A stretch of DNA of 25,737 nt from a virus (Duplodnaviria; Caudoviricetes), in IMG/VR virus record IMGVR_UViG_3300032247_000468, positions 1 through 25,737 of that record; one strand, 5' to 3'. A program made the translations under genes and the position numbers. Shown here piece after piece: positions 16,987 to 25,737 of this stretch (the first letter of the stretch is position 1; every line of letters starts with the position of its first letter). Below the pieces are notes generated by a model, which made no database searches, was not told where the DNA came from, and was given only the letters and a program-made list of their open reading frames with translations.

Positions 16987-17397
16987 TTACGCGTGAACGA
17001 ACACATTGAATTCACAAGACAAGTATGACGCGTCACCAAGTGAAACAGGACGAACAGCAAGCATATCGTCCACCTTCAACGTGCTACAGACCCCACCAAG
17101 TGTTGGGTCAGATTCGAGCGCTGCACGCACAGAATACGCACCATCATAAGACATCCATTGATCCAAAACGCGTTGTGCAGCACGGTCACCCATTCGACCA
17201 GCCACAACTGAAACCACAAAATCCCATTGGGACAGTCCACCGTTCATAGCACGATGGTAAGTGACCGACTGGATCTGAATGACCGCAACCGGCGGATTGA
17301 TAGTTTCCGGAAGATGATCTGCAACACGCAAACCAGGAATGGTTGCAAGCGCATCACCCAACGCTGATTGGATTTCGAGTCCGGAACCGGCCATCAA
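16987..17397 (-). CDS. tail terminator / head-tail joining protein
   Basis: LATIPGLRV....P..INPP.A...SVRAALESDPTLGG pattern; position before the major tail gene. Confidence 0.75.
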   Translation of the reverse strand: MMAGSGLEIQSALGDALATIPGLRVADHLPETINPPVAVIQIQSVTYHRAMNGGLSQWDFVVSVVAGRMGDRAAQRVLDQWMSYDGAYSVRAALESDPTLGGVCSTLKVDDMLAVRPVSLGDASYLSCEFNVFVHA

Positions 17398-17990
17398 GCA
17401 ACCACCATGAACCGATACGGTGCAAGCATCCGCTGAACATCAGGGTCGATGTTGCGCACCGTGATTGCCCCAAGATCACCGAACCCTGCAACACCAAGCA
17501 GCGAATCACCACGCTTCACAAGTCGACCAGCGAGAATCACACAAGCAGACTGGATTGGTTTAGGGACAGCCGGCCATCCCCAACGTGCAGTTACCTGGAC
17601 TCCAGCCGGTGCAGTCGATGTTGGAAACGTCGATGTTGGAGTCGTGGAAATCTGATTGATGGGAACACCACGAACAATGGCGTTCAAAGGTTCGCATTGG
17701 AAATCGCCGGCACCAAGTGTGGTTGCATACGTTCCATCACCAGCACTATCAATTTTGACCACCAAATCTGTAGTGGAACTGATGTCATCAACGAACAGTT
17801 CATTGGTTTGCGTCGCAACATACAAACGTGCAGTTGCAACTGTGTCTGCGAAGAAACGTCGGTTGCAGTAGTCGTCAATGACCCGTGACGCTTCATCAAT
17901 CCTGGTTTCATACAGCACATCATCAACTGTGTCTGACACTCGCAGCACAGTTTTCAGTTGATCCAACGTGCAATAACCGTTTGTGATCAT
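17394..17990 (-). CDS. head-to-tail adaptor (gp6/gp15-like connector)
   Basis: NGYCTL..LK......DD......I..ASR.ID.YC.R.F...VQVTARWGW.AVP..I..AC...DPDV..ML.PYR. Confidence 0.85.
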   Translation of the reverse strand: MITNGYCTLDQLKTVLRVSDTVDDVLYETRIDEASRVIDDYCNRRFFADTVATARLYVATQTNELFVDDISSTTDLVVKIDSAGDGTYATTLGAGDFQCEPLNAIVRGVPINQISTTPTSTFPTSTAPAGVQVTARWGWPAVPKPIQSACVILAGRLVKRGDSLLGVAGFGDLGAITVRNIDPDVQRMLAPYRFMVVA

Positions 17991-17993
17991 GGG

Positions 17994-18551
17994 TCAAATT
18001 CTCCAAATTCGGACGTAACTATCGAGCAGTTCGACAGCGTTTCGTGATGACAGAAATTCTGCGACCTTCAAACCTTTACCTGCATCCGGTTGGTTGTCAT
18101 CAACAGCTACCAATGATCCTTTGCGTAACAGGTGCCATGCTGCGCTGATTTCTCGCAGATGATGGTTCTGTGCAGGTTCAGGGTCAGCAAAATTGATGTC
18201 GAAAGAGTCCAAATACAGGAAATCAACAGACCCCACCATGTTACGCAACGTGACAATCGAATCCGCGGTTATCGCAACAGTTCGAGTCAAACCAAGCACA
18301 TCCACCAGGTGCGCACCGGTTGGGTCGATATCAATGGTGACAACCTGACCGTTCAACCGTTCAGCTGCGTCATTCCACACAATCGTGGATTGACCGTCAC
18401 CAGCCCAGTTCCCAATTTTTCTGACAGTCCCAGTTTCAACAATTTTTGCGTTCTGTGGGAGTGATGTGGTGATCAGTTCGAACGCTTCCAATCGTTTCCC
18501 AAGTTGATCCCAAAGAACTGTTGATTGGATGTCTGTCACCGGTTCACACAT
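17994..18551 (-). CDS. class I SAM-dependent methyltransferase (small-molecule/sugar type; start uncertain)
   Basis: IVETGT, TIDID, ADSI, DFLYLDS and VAVDD motifs (Methyltransf_24-like). Confidence 0.85.
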   Translation of the reverse strand: MCEPVTDIQSTVLWDQLGKRLEAFELITTSLPQNAKIVETGTVRKIGNWAGDGQSTIVWNDAAERLNGQVVTIDIDPTGAHLVDVLGLTRTVAITADSIVTLRNMVGSVDFLYLDSFDINFADPEPAQNHHLREISAAWHLLRKGSLVAVDDNQPDAGKGLKVAEFLSSRNAVELLDSYVRIWRI

Positions 18552-19759
18552 TCATCAATCTTGCCCAAAATCGGTTCCCAGCGTTCCACGAACACCTTGG
18601 TATGTTCGTACTGTTCTGCGTGTCTGCGGGCCTTAGAACGCCTCTCAGCCATGTCTGAAGCGCTGTATGCGTTCTCGAGCTGTTCAACAACCGAATGCAC
18701 CAAAGGTGTACAGAACCACGCTGAAGATCCTGCATCCCAATATGGCTGCACCGTCGCAGTCCAACCTGACCCATCGACCAGTTCCGGTTGGGAACTGAAA
18801 TCAGACACCACAGATGGGATACCACAAGCAGCAGCCTCCAACACCGGCACCCCAAAACCTTCACCGCGGCTACAAAGAAGGTGAACATCGAACGCGCCCA
18901 TGATGGTTGCAAGAACATTCGAGTCCAAACCAGCGTAGTAAGACCATTGATCAACCCAAATGATTCGATCATCCGCAATACCACACGCAGTTGCAAGCGC
19001 TTTCAGATCAATCCCCATCGCAGCACCACGCGACTCAGTATGAAGATACGCAATGACATCATCATGGCGTGACATGAATTCTGCCAACGCTAAAAGGTTC
19101 TCTCCGAACGCTTTACGAACCGGTGCGGTTCCTTTGTTCGCAGCAACCATGCCAACAACAAACGCGTCATCAGGAATGCCCAGAAGATCCCTACCGGTCT
19201 GACCATCAACAGTCATACCAGGTTTGAAAACAGACGTATCGACACTATGCGGTGCGTACTCAGCATCCACACCGGCACGATTCAACTGTTCCAAACCAAA
19301 CTTTGACATTGCGATGGAAAGCACATTGTCACGCTGCGACCATGCAAGAACCTTCGGTGGAACTGGCAGATGATCCACCGGAACCCATGACGCAACCAAA
19401 TCAATTCCATCGATGTTCGCACCGTCATAAACCCATGTGTCGAACAAGGTGAGAAGTGCTGTTGAAACACCAGTCTGCTGTTTGGCGTGCTGTGTGTGAG
19501 CTGTGAGGATGTCAGCAGAATACGGGTGGTAGCCGTTTGGGAGAACCTCAACACCTTCCCAAGATGTGACCCCACCGTACAAACCGTAGTTTGTGGAGAA
19601 TGTGACCGGTCTACCGGACGCTCGAATTCTGCGTGTCAGATTCGCAGCCTGGACCCCATAACCGGTGCCGGCCCAAGGTGCGTTGGAATGCACCACGATT
19701 CCTGTTCGAGCATCCTGAACAGACTTATGACCGGTGTTGCGTTTGTGTTTGCTACCCAT
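18536..19759 (-). CDS. GT-B fold glycosyltransferase (GT4 / Glycos_transf_1)
   Basis: SNAPWAGTGYG.Q, RK, and SRGEGFGVPVLEAAACGIP (EX7E) motifs. Confidence 0.92.
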   Translation of the reverse strand: MGSKHKRNTGHKSVQDARTGIVVHSNAPWAGTGYGVQAANLTRRIRASGRPVTFSTNYGLYGGVTSWEGVEVLPNGYHPYSADILTAHTQHAKQQTGVSTALLTLFDTWVYDGANIDGIDLVASWVPVDHLPVPPKVLAWSQRDNVLSIAMSKFGLEQLNRAGVDAEYAPHSVDTSVFKPGMTVDGQTGRDLLGIPDDAFVVGMVAANKGTAPVRKAFGENLLALAEFMSRHDDVIAYLHTESRGAAMGIDLKALATACGIADDRIIWVDQWSYYAGLDSNVLATIMGAFDVHLLCSRGEGFGVPVLEAAACGIPSVVSDFSSQPELVDGSGWTATVQPYWDAGSSAWFCTPLVHSVVEQLENAYSASDMAERRSKARRHAEQYEHTKVFVERWEPILGKIDECVNR

Positions 19760-19796
19760 GTTGTTCCTTCACCCGTTGAAATTTTCAATGTTGGTG

Positions 19797-19849
19797 GTGT
19801 GCGTGGGCTGGATTCCCCACGGGCAAAGGACTCAACAGCCCACGCACAC
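19797..19849. terminator. 14-bp inverted repeat after the major capsid gene
   Basis: GTGTGCGTGGGCTG (19797-19810) / CAGCCCACGCACAC (19836-19849), starting 17 nt after the capsid stop; no U tract. Confidence 0.65.
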
Positions 19850-19866
19850 AACTAGTTCATTGGTGG

Positions 19867-21069
19867 TTACGAGGCTGCACCAATGAAATGCTTGACAGCA
19901 GCGGTGTCCGGAAGGTTTCCGTCACCACGCCATGTCACACGGAACGTGATCAGATCCGAAACGAACCCAACGCTGTCGTCGCGTGCAACTTCGATCCCAC
20001 GCACCTGACGGACGTAGTAGGACGAGAAGTCACCGAACACAACGGACTTGGCACCGGTGCCGGTTGCAGCCATGTCAGGGTTCTCGTAGACGGGGAACCC
20101 AAGCAGCATGTCCGGCTGACCAACCTGAAGGCTGGGCTGCCAAATGTAGTTGTTGGTGGTGTCCTTCAGCTTCCGCACGGTTGCGAGAGTCGAAGCCTTG
20201 AGCTGCCATGCGCCACCACGCCGGCGGTACGGACTGCCAACGCTGTACACCAGGTCGATAAGGTTGTCTGCGGTGGGAACACCGGCCACACCGGTTCCAC
20301 CGGTGACACCAAGCGTCGACGCAGAAACAATACCCTTCGGCTGGACGGTGCCAGTACCGGTGGTCAGACCAGCGTTGACCGCGGTTCCCATACCAACCGC
20401 AGCCTGACGTGCAACGAAGTCAAGAAGGTTGATGCCGGAATCCTCAACAACCTCACGGCTGAGCTGGAACGTGGCAGCGTACTTGAACGCACCAAGCGTG
20501 ATGAACGCCGAGAACGACGGATCAGACTCGCTGATCGAAGAACCCTCAGAAGTGATACCAGGAGCGGTGAAACCGGACTGGCGCGGAATCTGAAGGTTCG
20601 AACCGGAATCGGTGGTCAGGATGGTCACAACATTCCCATCCAGCATCGGACCCTGAAGCACCAGCTGCTCAACCAGTCGGTTGTAGAAGTTGGTGGGGAC
20701 CGGTGAACCGGTGCTGCTGGTCAGCACATCACGCTGCTCGAATGAGGCTGCGCGACGCTCACCAACAGCAATGCTGCGAATGATGTCAGCATCAGTCTCA
20801 ACCTGGACAGTCTCAGCCGGAGTGAAATCCTGCGGAAGACCAAGAGCAGACCGAGACTCGCTGATCGAACGCTCACGCGCCTCAGCGTCAAGAATCTGCT
20901 TACAACGTGCATCAATCGCATCAATGTCAGCGTTGATACGGTCAAACTGTGCAGACTCATCTGCACTCAGATCACGGTTCTCAAGAGTCGCAATGTCAAG
21001 CAGATTCTTAGCCTGCTCCCAAGCGCGTGCGCGATTCTCAGTCATCCGCTTCAGTAGATCATCAGTCAT
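19867..21069 (-). CDS. major capsid protein (HK97 fold, N-terminal delta/scaffold domain)
   Basis: N-terminal coiled coil; LKDT...YIWQP......PDMLLGFPV, FGDFS.Y and R.DG motifs; AAAGGAG RBS before ATG 21069. Confidence 0.95.
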   Translation of the reverse strand: MTDDLLKRMTENRARAWEQAKNLLDIATLENRDLSADESAQFDRINADIDAIDARCKQILDAEARERSISESRSALGLPQDFTPAETVQVETDADIIRSIAVGERRAASFEQRDVLTSSTGSPVPTNFYNRLVEQLVLQGPMLDGNVVTILTTDSGSNLQIPRQSGFTAPGITSEGSSISESDPSFSAFITLGAFKYAATFQLSREVVEDSGINLLDFVARQAAVGMGTAVNAGLTTGTGTVQPKGIVSASTLGVTGGTGVAGVPTADNLIDLVYSVGSPYRRRGGAWQLKASTLATVRKLKDTTNNYIWQPSLQVGQPDMLLGFPVYENPDMAATGTGAKSVVFGDFSSYYVRQVRGIEVARDDSVGFVSDLITFRVTWRGDGNLPDTAAVKHFIGAAS

Positions 21070-21178
21070 CTGATGACTCCTTTGCAATCAAATGGACGGG
21101 TGGATGCTGCAAAACGCTGGTGGTGTTTGCGGTAGTTCCAACAATGTGGTCTGAACGCAAATCCGGACAGCAGAAGAA

Positions 21179-22666
21179 TCAAACAACCTTCCGATTGTTC
21201 AATTCAAACTTTCGACGAACCAACGCAACTGGAACAGTTCCTGGTTCGTTTGACGAAATTGTATCATCAGTGTTGCGCACATTTGCACCAGTTGTCTCAG
21301 GGTACGCAGGAAAACCAGTCACAATCGAAACTTCATGCAACACAACTTCACGCAAAATCCGTGATGAACCATCAGCAGACCAACTGTCACCACCACTAGG
21401 AACGCTGAACCCAAAAGACATTGCGTGAACAGTCCCATCAGCGATCAAAGTTGCAAGATCACGCCCAACAGTTGTGTTTGGAAGTTGTGCGTCGACTCGA
21501 AGACCACGCGCATCCTCAGTCAACACCAACGAAGAATTACGCGTGGACGCCAAAACCTGATCCATGTTGTGGTTCGCAAACATACGGATTTCTCGTCCGG
21601 ACGAAAGTGAACGCTTGAACGCACCAGGTGCAATCTGCTCGATAAACGGGAGCGGTTCAGAATCCGAATTGAAAACAGCCGCGTAACCGCTGAACTGCAT
21701 CCCATCACCGGCAGCACGCAGTTCGAGTCCACCATCGGCGAATGATCGAACCTCAACATCACGCCCATTGACCTTCCGCATTTCAACATCAACCTTCACA
21801 TAACGCAAAGGTGCCATGTCCGGTGCAATGTCTTGCATCATTGGATCAGCAGCCGGTTCTTCAACCACCGCAGGATTCACCAGCGCACCAGGAATCACCC
21901 ATTTCTTACAAATCCCATTGGGATCGATGTCACCTGCGACCAGTTCGCATGCACGCGGACCCTCATAGTACGCACACGAACTACACACCAAACCATCAGT
22001 AACAAACGGTGACACAGCAACATAATGCGCACCATCCGGACCGGAACCTTGGTCATACTGACCGAACAGATCCACAATCTCAGACTCAGATTCCATCTGT
22101 GCAAGCTGATGTGGAGTCAATGGGTACATACCTTCAACTTCACCATCACGGGTTTCAACACTCATGTTGTTCGACCTTCCATCACTCGAAACTTGATCCA
22201 AAACTTTGCGTGTCCAACTGACCGCAGGGTCACCACCCCACGCAGCCCACGCCACCCTTCCAGCAGACGGGTAACCATCTTCACCAGGTGACCAACCGGA
22301 CCCATTCTTATCAACAGCATGGCGTGCAAGATAAGAAGCCATCCTTCGCACCACATCCAAAGACACAGGTTCACCGAATGCCAACATTGCTGCGCGACGC
22401 CGGCCAACAGCCGTGAACCCTGAACCGGCGAACCCATCCGCAATCCAACCCAACGCACGTTGCGCTTCATCCTGCACACCTTGTGGTGGCTCGAACGAAT
22501 CCGGAACAGCACGTTCATTCGCTGTCGCAATGTTCAACGCAGCCATGTGCGCATACGCATCAGCAGCGTCAAGATGACAACCACCTTCAACTGTGGTTGA
22601 TTCACCAACTTTGACAACCGCGAACCCTTCACAGTCCGGTGCGTTATCAACAACCTCGTATGGCAT
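21179..22666 (-). CDS. HK97-type prohead protease with long multidomain N-terminal extension
   Basis: C-terminal FSGYAAVFN...E.IAPGAF...ANH...GL...MSFGF...LHEVSIVT.FPAY; about 300 extra N-terminal residues. Confidence 0.92.
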   Translation of the reverse strand: MPYEVVDNAPDCEGFAVVKVGESTTVEGGCHLDAADAYAHMAALNIATANERAVPDSFEPPQGVQDEAQRALGWIADGFAGSGFTAVGRRRAAMLAFGEPVSLDVVRRMASYLARHAVDKNGSGWSPGEDGYPSAGRVAWAAWGGDPAVSWTRKVLDQVSSDGRSNNMSVETRDGEVEGMYPLTPHQLAQMESESEIVDLFGQYDQGSGPDGAHYVAVSPFVTDGLVCSSCAYYEGPRACELVAGDIDPNGICKKWVIPGALVNPAVVEEPAADPMMQDIAPDMAPLRYVKVDVEMRKVNGRDVEVRSFADGGLELRAAGDGMQFSGYAAVFNSDSEPLPFIEQIAPGAFKRSLSSGREIRMFANHNMDQVLASTRNSSLVLTEDARGLRVDAQLPNTTVGRDLATLIADGTVHAMSFGFSVPSGGDSWSADGSSRILREVVLHEVSIVTGFPAYPETTGANVRNTDDTISSNEPGTVPVALVRRKFELNNRKVV

Positions 22667-23832
22667 CAGATTGGTGCTTCCGCGTCGATACCAGCCGGTG
22701 GTGGATCAATACCAGGACCGGCCATAGGTGAACCAGGTAGAGCCATGACGAATTCGTCACCACCAACATACGGTTCGAGTCCTTCAACAGCTCGAGCCTC
22801 GTTAGGTGTCAGGAACCCGTATTGGATGCCAAGTCCGTGCGCTCGAAACCGGTTCATCTGGTCTGCACGCAAAAACCCAGCAGTATCAAACATCAGTTCA
22901 CGCGGGGCCGGCATCAACGAAGACAACGCAGTTTCGATCCTACGCAACCAAGGAAGCAACGTGTAGGTCACGAAATGCTGACCGGCACTCTCATTGTTCT
23001 GATAGGTCTGCGAGTCACCACGCGCACCAATCATGTACGCAGGAACACGGAAGATGCGTGCAATCTGTGCAATCTGCAATTCGCGTGACGCGTTCAGTTC
23101 CATCGACGCAGCATCAGCAGACACAGACCGCCATTTCATGCCATTGGTCAACACAGCCGGACGCCTGCGACGCCGGTTCTGCGACTCCCAAGTTGCTTGC
23201 AACACCTTCGCCTGGTCAGTTGTCAGGTCACCATCAACTTCCAGCACACTCGAAGGTGTCGCACCTTCCGCATAGAACTGGGACAAATGACGTTCCATCG
23301 CTAACGCCAAACCAACAGTTGTGCGTTGCATTTCAATAGGTGACAAACCGATTGCAGCCTGCGGTGGAGTCCACCATCGAATGTGCAACATCTGATCCGC
23401 AGGAACAGACCCACCATTCACCGTGTATGTGCGTTGACGATTGATCACATTGACCTGAACATTCAACGGATGCAAAGGAGTGAGTGCAACAGGAAGTGAC
23501 GAACTGTTCCGGTCAACAAACAAATACGCGTTTCCATGCAACGCCAAACTGGACACAATCATGTGCATCAGTTCGTACTGGGTCACCGTAGAAGAAGCAT
23601 TCAACCAACCAGGAACAGGTTTCGTCTCAACATGTTCCCCAACGTGACGAACCGAACGCACAGGAAGTGACGCAACCGAATCAGCCAACAACGAAATACA
23701 CGAAAGCACAGCAGACACTTCCAACGCAGAAGTCTCATTGACCCGTTCACCTGACCAGTTGTTCCCACCAACCCACGCAGTCACCTGCAAAGGATCAGGT
23801 TGCACCATCGCACGTTTCGTAAACAGACTCAT
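22666..23832 (-). CDS. portal protein (HK97 family)
   Basis: V..CI.L.AD.VASLP, L.LHGNAY, GLSPI, IARIFRVP..IG and TPNEAR..E.L.P..GGD motifs. Confidence 0.95.
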   Translation of the reverse strand: MSLFTKRAMVQPDPLQVTAWVGGNNWSGERVNETSALEVSAVLSCISLLADSVASLPVRSVRHVGEHVETKPVPGWLNASSTVTQYELMHMIVSSLALHGNAYLFVDRNSSSLPVALTPLHPLNVQVNVINRQRTYTVNGGSVPADQMLHIRWWTPPQAAIGLSPIEMQRTTVGLALAMERHLSQFYAEGATPSSVLEVDGDLTTDQAKVLQATWESQNRRRRRPAVLTNGMKWRSVSADAASMELNASRELQIAQIARIFRVPAYMIGARGDSQTYQNNESAGQHFVTYTLLPWLRRIETALSSLMPAPRELMFDTAGFLRADQMNRFRAHGLGIQYGFLTPNEARAVEGLEPYVGGDEFVMALPGSPMAGPGIDPPPAGIDAEAPI

Positions 23833-23972
23833 CGATCAGCCACCAAATAGGACACAAGGATCATCAACACACCAGCAACAACCACAGCCACAGGAACACA
23901 CCACAACGCAAAACCAACAACAATCAGAACACACCCAAGCAGTTCAAACATTGTTGTCAGCACATCACGCAT
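23829..23972 (-). CDS. small membrane protein (47 aa)
   Basis: MRDVLTTMFELLGCVLIVVGFALWCVPVAVVVAGVLMILVSYLVADR; between terL and portal, overlapping both. Confidence 0.7.
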   Translation of the reverse strand: MRDVLTTMFELLGCVLIVVGFALWCVPVAVVVAGVLMILVSYLVADR

Positions 23973-25452
23973 CTGCGACCATCCACGGATCAACAATCGC
24001 AGGAACACCAACAGGGTCAACCGGCGAAATGACACCTAACAACGCAATGGTACTAGAAACCAACGGTGAAACATCGGTTGATGTGTCTCGTCGATGCCAC
24101 GCCCACGCATCACCCAACTTTCTGCGTTTCGCACCGGCCACAGCAGCGTTCAACGGAACCTGGTTGATATGCACCAACGAACCATCAACCACCAAATCAA
24201 AAAATTTCCCGCACGCAGTAGCCATGTCACGCGAACTGATTTCCACTACCTGTAAACCAAGTCTGCGCAAATCACCGGCCATCGAACCAGCAGCAGACAC
24301 AGGATCAACAATCACGGACTTGTACTGACCAACACGGTCATTCTGTGCGAACCAATCGAGTACCCAACTAGTACCAGGACGATTCCCAATCAGTTCCACA
24401 TGAACCTTCCCATCAGCACGCAAACCAGCAGCTGAAAGTGAAGACATAGACCTTGAAGGTGTCACATCCAACGCAACAGACACCCCACCATCGATCTGCG
24501 AACCCTCATCAATACAACCAACCCACAGATCCTCAGAAATGACCTGCCACGGTTGCGACGCCATCCGGTCCTGACGTTGATTCAAATACGCACGTCGAAA
24601 TTCAGGTTCACGCATCGACGCAAAATCAGACCGAATTGCTTCAATTGGAACTGTGATCCCTAACGCCGGCATACATGCACGCCAAACATTTTCATCATCA
24701 ATCTTCGCATCATCCGGTGCGCTCCACTCAAAGTACGCAACCGAACTGGTCTGACCAGCAGCAGCACGCAACCGGCCATCATCAATCTTGTCATTCAAAT
24801 ACAAACTGTCATTTGTTCCAGCAGTAGACACAATCCACAACTGAGGCTGTGTCCTGGTCACCATCGCAGGTTTCATAGCCTGCTCCAACCGGTCATCCTG
24901 CAACGCAAACGCTTCATCTATCACACCCAAATCGAGCTGCGCACCATGACCAGCAGTCTCAGTCGTAGCCAACAAAGACCACAACGAACCGTTAGCCCAC
25001 CGAATCGCCTCAGACCCATTCGTTTTGCGTACCTTCATCAACTGTGCGAACGGTGAACGCTCCAACACAGGAATATGCTCATCCTCCCATTTGAGCCGTG
25101 CATCCTTCCCAGTCTGCGCAGAATACGAAACCCGTTGACGATCACCCATCGCAATACACCGGTGAGCCATCGCAGCCAACATCAAAGTTGTTTTTCCAGA
25201 CTGACGCGGAACAGTCAAACGAATTTCACGATACGCGAGACGCTCCACAACCTCACCGGTCTCCATGTCAACCGTCGATTCCAGTTCGAGCGCAACATCT
25301 GCCACATGGCGTTGCCATGGCATCAAAGGTGTCCCAAGCAGTTCAGCAATCCTCGCAACCTTCCCACCAAGCGTGCGACGGTCTGTGCGAGGAGTCGACC
25401 ACCTAGGCTGACAGTTCAGCGATAAGCGCTGCGAATCCATCTGTTGGTTCAT
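23965..25452 (-). CDS. terL: terminase large subunit (start uncertain)
   Basis: LMPWQ, Walker A PRQSGKT, Walker B VIDEA, coupling motif VSTAG, nuclease ALDV. Confidence 0.95.
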   Translation of the reverse strand: MNQQMDSQRLSLNCQPRWSTPRTDRRTLGGKVARIAELLGTPLMPWQRHVADVALELESTVDMETGEVVERLAYREIRLTVPRQSGKTTLMLAAMAHRCIAMGDRQRVSYSAQTGKDARLKWEDEHIPVLERSPFAQLMKVRKTNGSEAIRWANGSLWSLLATTETAGHGAQLDLGVIDEAFALQDDRLEQAMKPAMVTRTQPQLWIVSTAGTNDSLYLNDKIDDGRLRAAAGQTSSVAYFEWSAPDDAKIDDENVWRACMPALGITVPIEAIRSDFASMREPEFRRAYLNQRQDRMASQPWQVISEDLWVGCIDEGSQIDGGVSVALDVTPSRSMSSLSAAGLRADGKVHVELIGNRPGTSWVLDWFAQNDRVGQYKSVIVDPVSAAGSMAGDLRRLGLQVVEISSRDMATACGKFFDLVVDGSLVHINQVPLNAAVAGAKRRKLGDAWAWHRRDTSTDVSPLVSSTIALLGVISPVDPVGVPAIVDPWMVADA

Positions 25453-25642
25453 TATCCCGTGCTTCCAGTTCAGTCAGCGTCGCACGCAATTCACGCGAAA
25501 CAGCTGCGGTAGCCATACCAGCGTCATTGTCCAATGCAACTGCGAGTGTGATGCAAAGTCGACCGCGTGCGTTCTTCGCAGGGTCAACTTCAAGTTCTTT
25601 CAAAGTGACTCGAACAGCGCGTTCCATTGGTCCGGCAGCCAT
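25403..25642 (-). CDS. terS: terminase small subunit
   Basis: 79-aa helical protein, LA..LD.......AAVSRELRATL.EL, immediately upstream of terL; AAGGAAG RBS. Confidence 0.75.
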   Translation of the reverse strand: MAAGPMERAVRVTLKELEVDPAKNARGRLCITLAVALDNDAGMATAAVSRELRATLTELEARDNEPTDGFAALIAELSA

Positions 25643-25653
25643 CAGTCACTTCC

Positions 25654-25677
25654 TTTTCCACAACCAGGTTGTCCACA
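25654..25677 (+). promoter_or_regulatory. two tandem DnaA-box-like 9-mers
   Basis: TTTTCCACA (25654-25662) and TTGTCCACA (25669-25677), same orientation, 6 nt apart, abutting the terS RBS. Confidence 0.55.
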
Positions 25678-25737
25678 GCGCTTTGCGCTTGTGACTGTCG
25701 AATGTCCCCCAGTTTGTTGGTGTGGGGGAAGATTGAG

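Noticed and set aside
19888-20706. 272-aa plus-strand ORF
   Set aside because: Antisense shadow of the codon-biased major capsid gene; no RBS or recognisable motifs.
302-25425. All other plus-strand ORFs in the track (e.g. 8160-8825, 23738-24328, 17343-17888, 9904-10452)
   Set aside because: They overlap well-supported, tightly packed minus-strand genes and show no recognisable protein features.
25700-25737. Possible cos/pac site or hairpin (TCCCCCA/TGGGGGA) upstream of terS
   Set aside because: Position is plausible, but genome ends cannot be inferred from sequence alone and the window is cut here.
1-25737. tRNA genes, introns/inteins, alternative genetic code
   Set aside because: No cloverleaf seen in the few intergenic gaps; terL, portal and capsid have normal lengths; genes are intact under the standard code.

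Overview
The window is a ~25.7 kb segment of a tailed dsDNA phage (HK97-type head, siphovirus-type tail). Every credible gene lies on the minus strand. A WhiB gene, r1t-type holin and the terminase and tail protein styles point to an actinobacterial host (inference). From right to left, the late region runs terS, terL, small membrane protein, portal, multidomain prohead protease, major capsid, GT4 glycosyltransferase, SAM methyltransferase, head-tail and tail genes (with a -1 frameshift tail chaperone), tape measure, minor tail proteins, amidase endolysin, metallophosphoesterase, DUF6378-like protein, holin and a collagen/SGNH tail fibre, ending at a terminator. An early region follows: an array of ~70-aa genes each preceded by a conserved start-associated repeat, then an HTH protein, Holliday junction resolvase, WhiB, PD-(D/E)XK exonuclease, SSB-like protein and the truncated 5' end of a C5 DNA methyltransferase. 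The most notable observations are a HiPIP-like four-cysteine module inside the prohead protease, the repeat-punctuated mini-gene array with a very acidic DNA-mimic candidate and downstream HTH, tandem DnaA-box matches on the terS ribosome-binding site, and a glycosyltransferase/methyltransferase pair inside the head module. All family calls come from motif recognition by eye; no searches were run.
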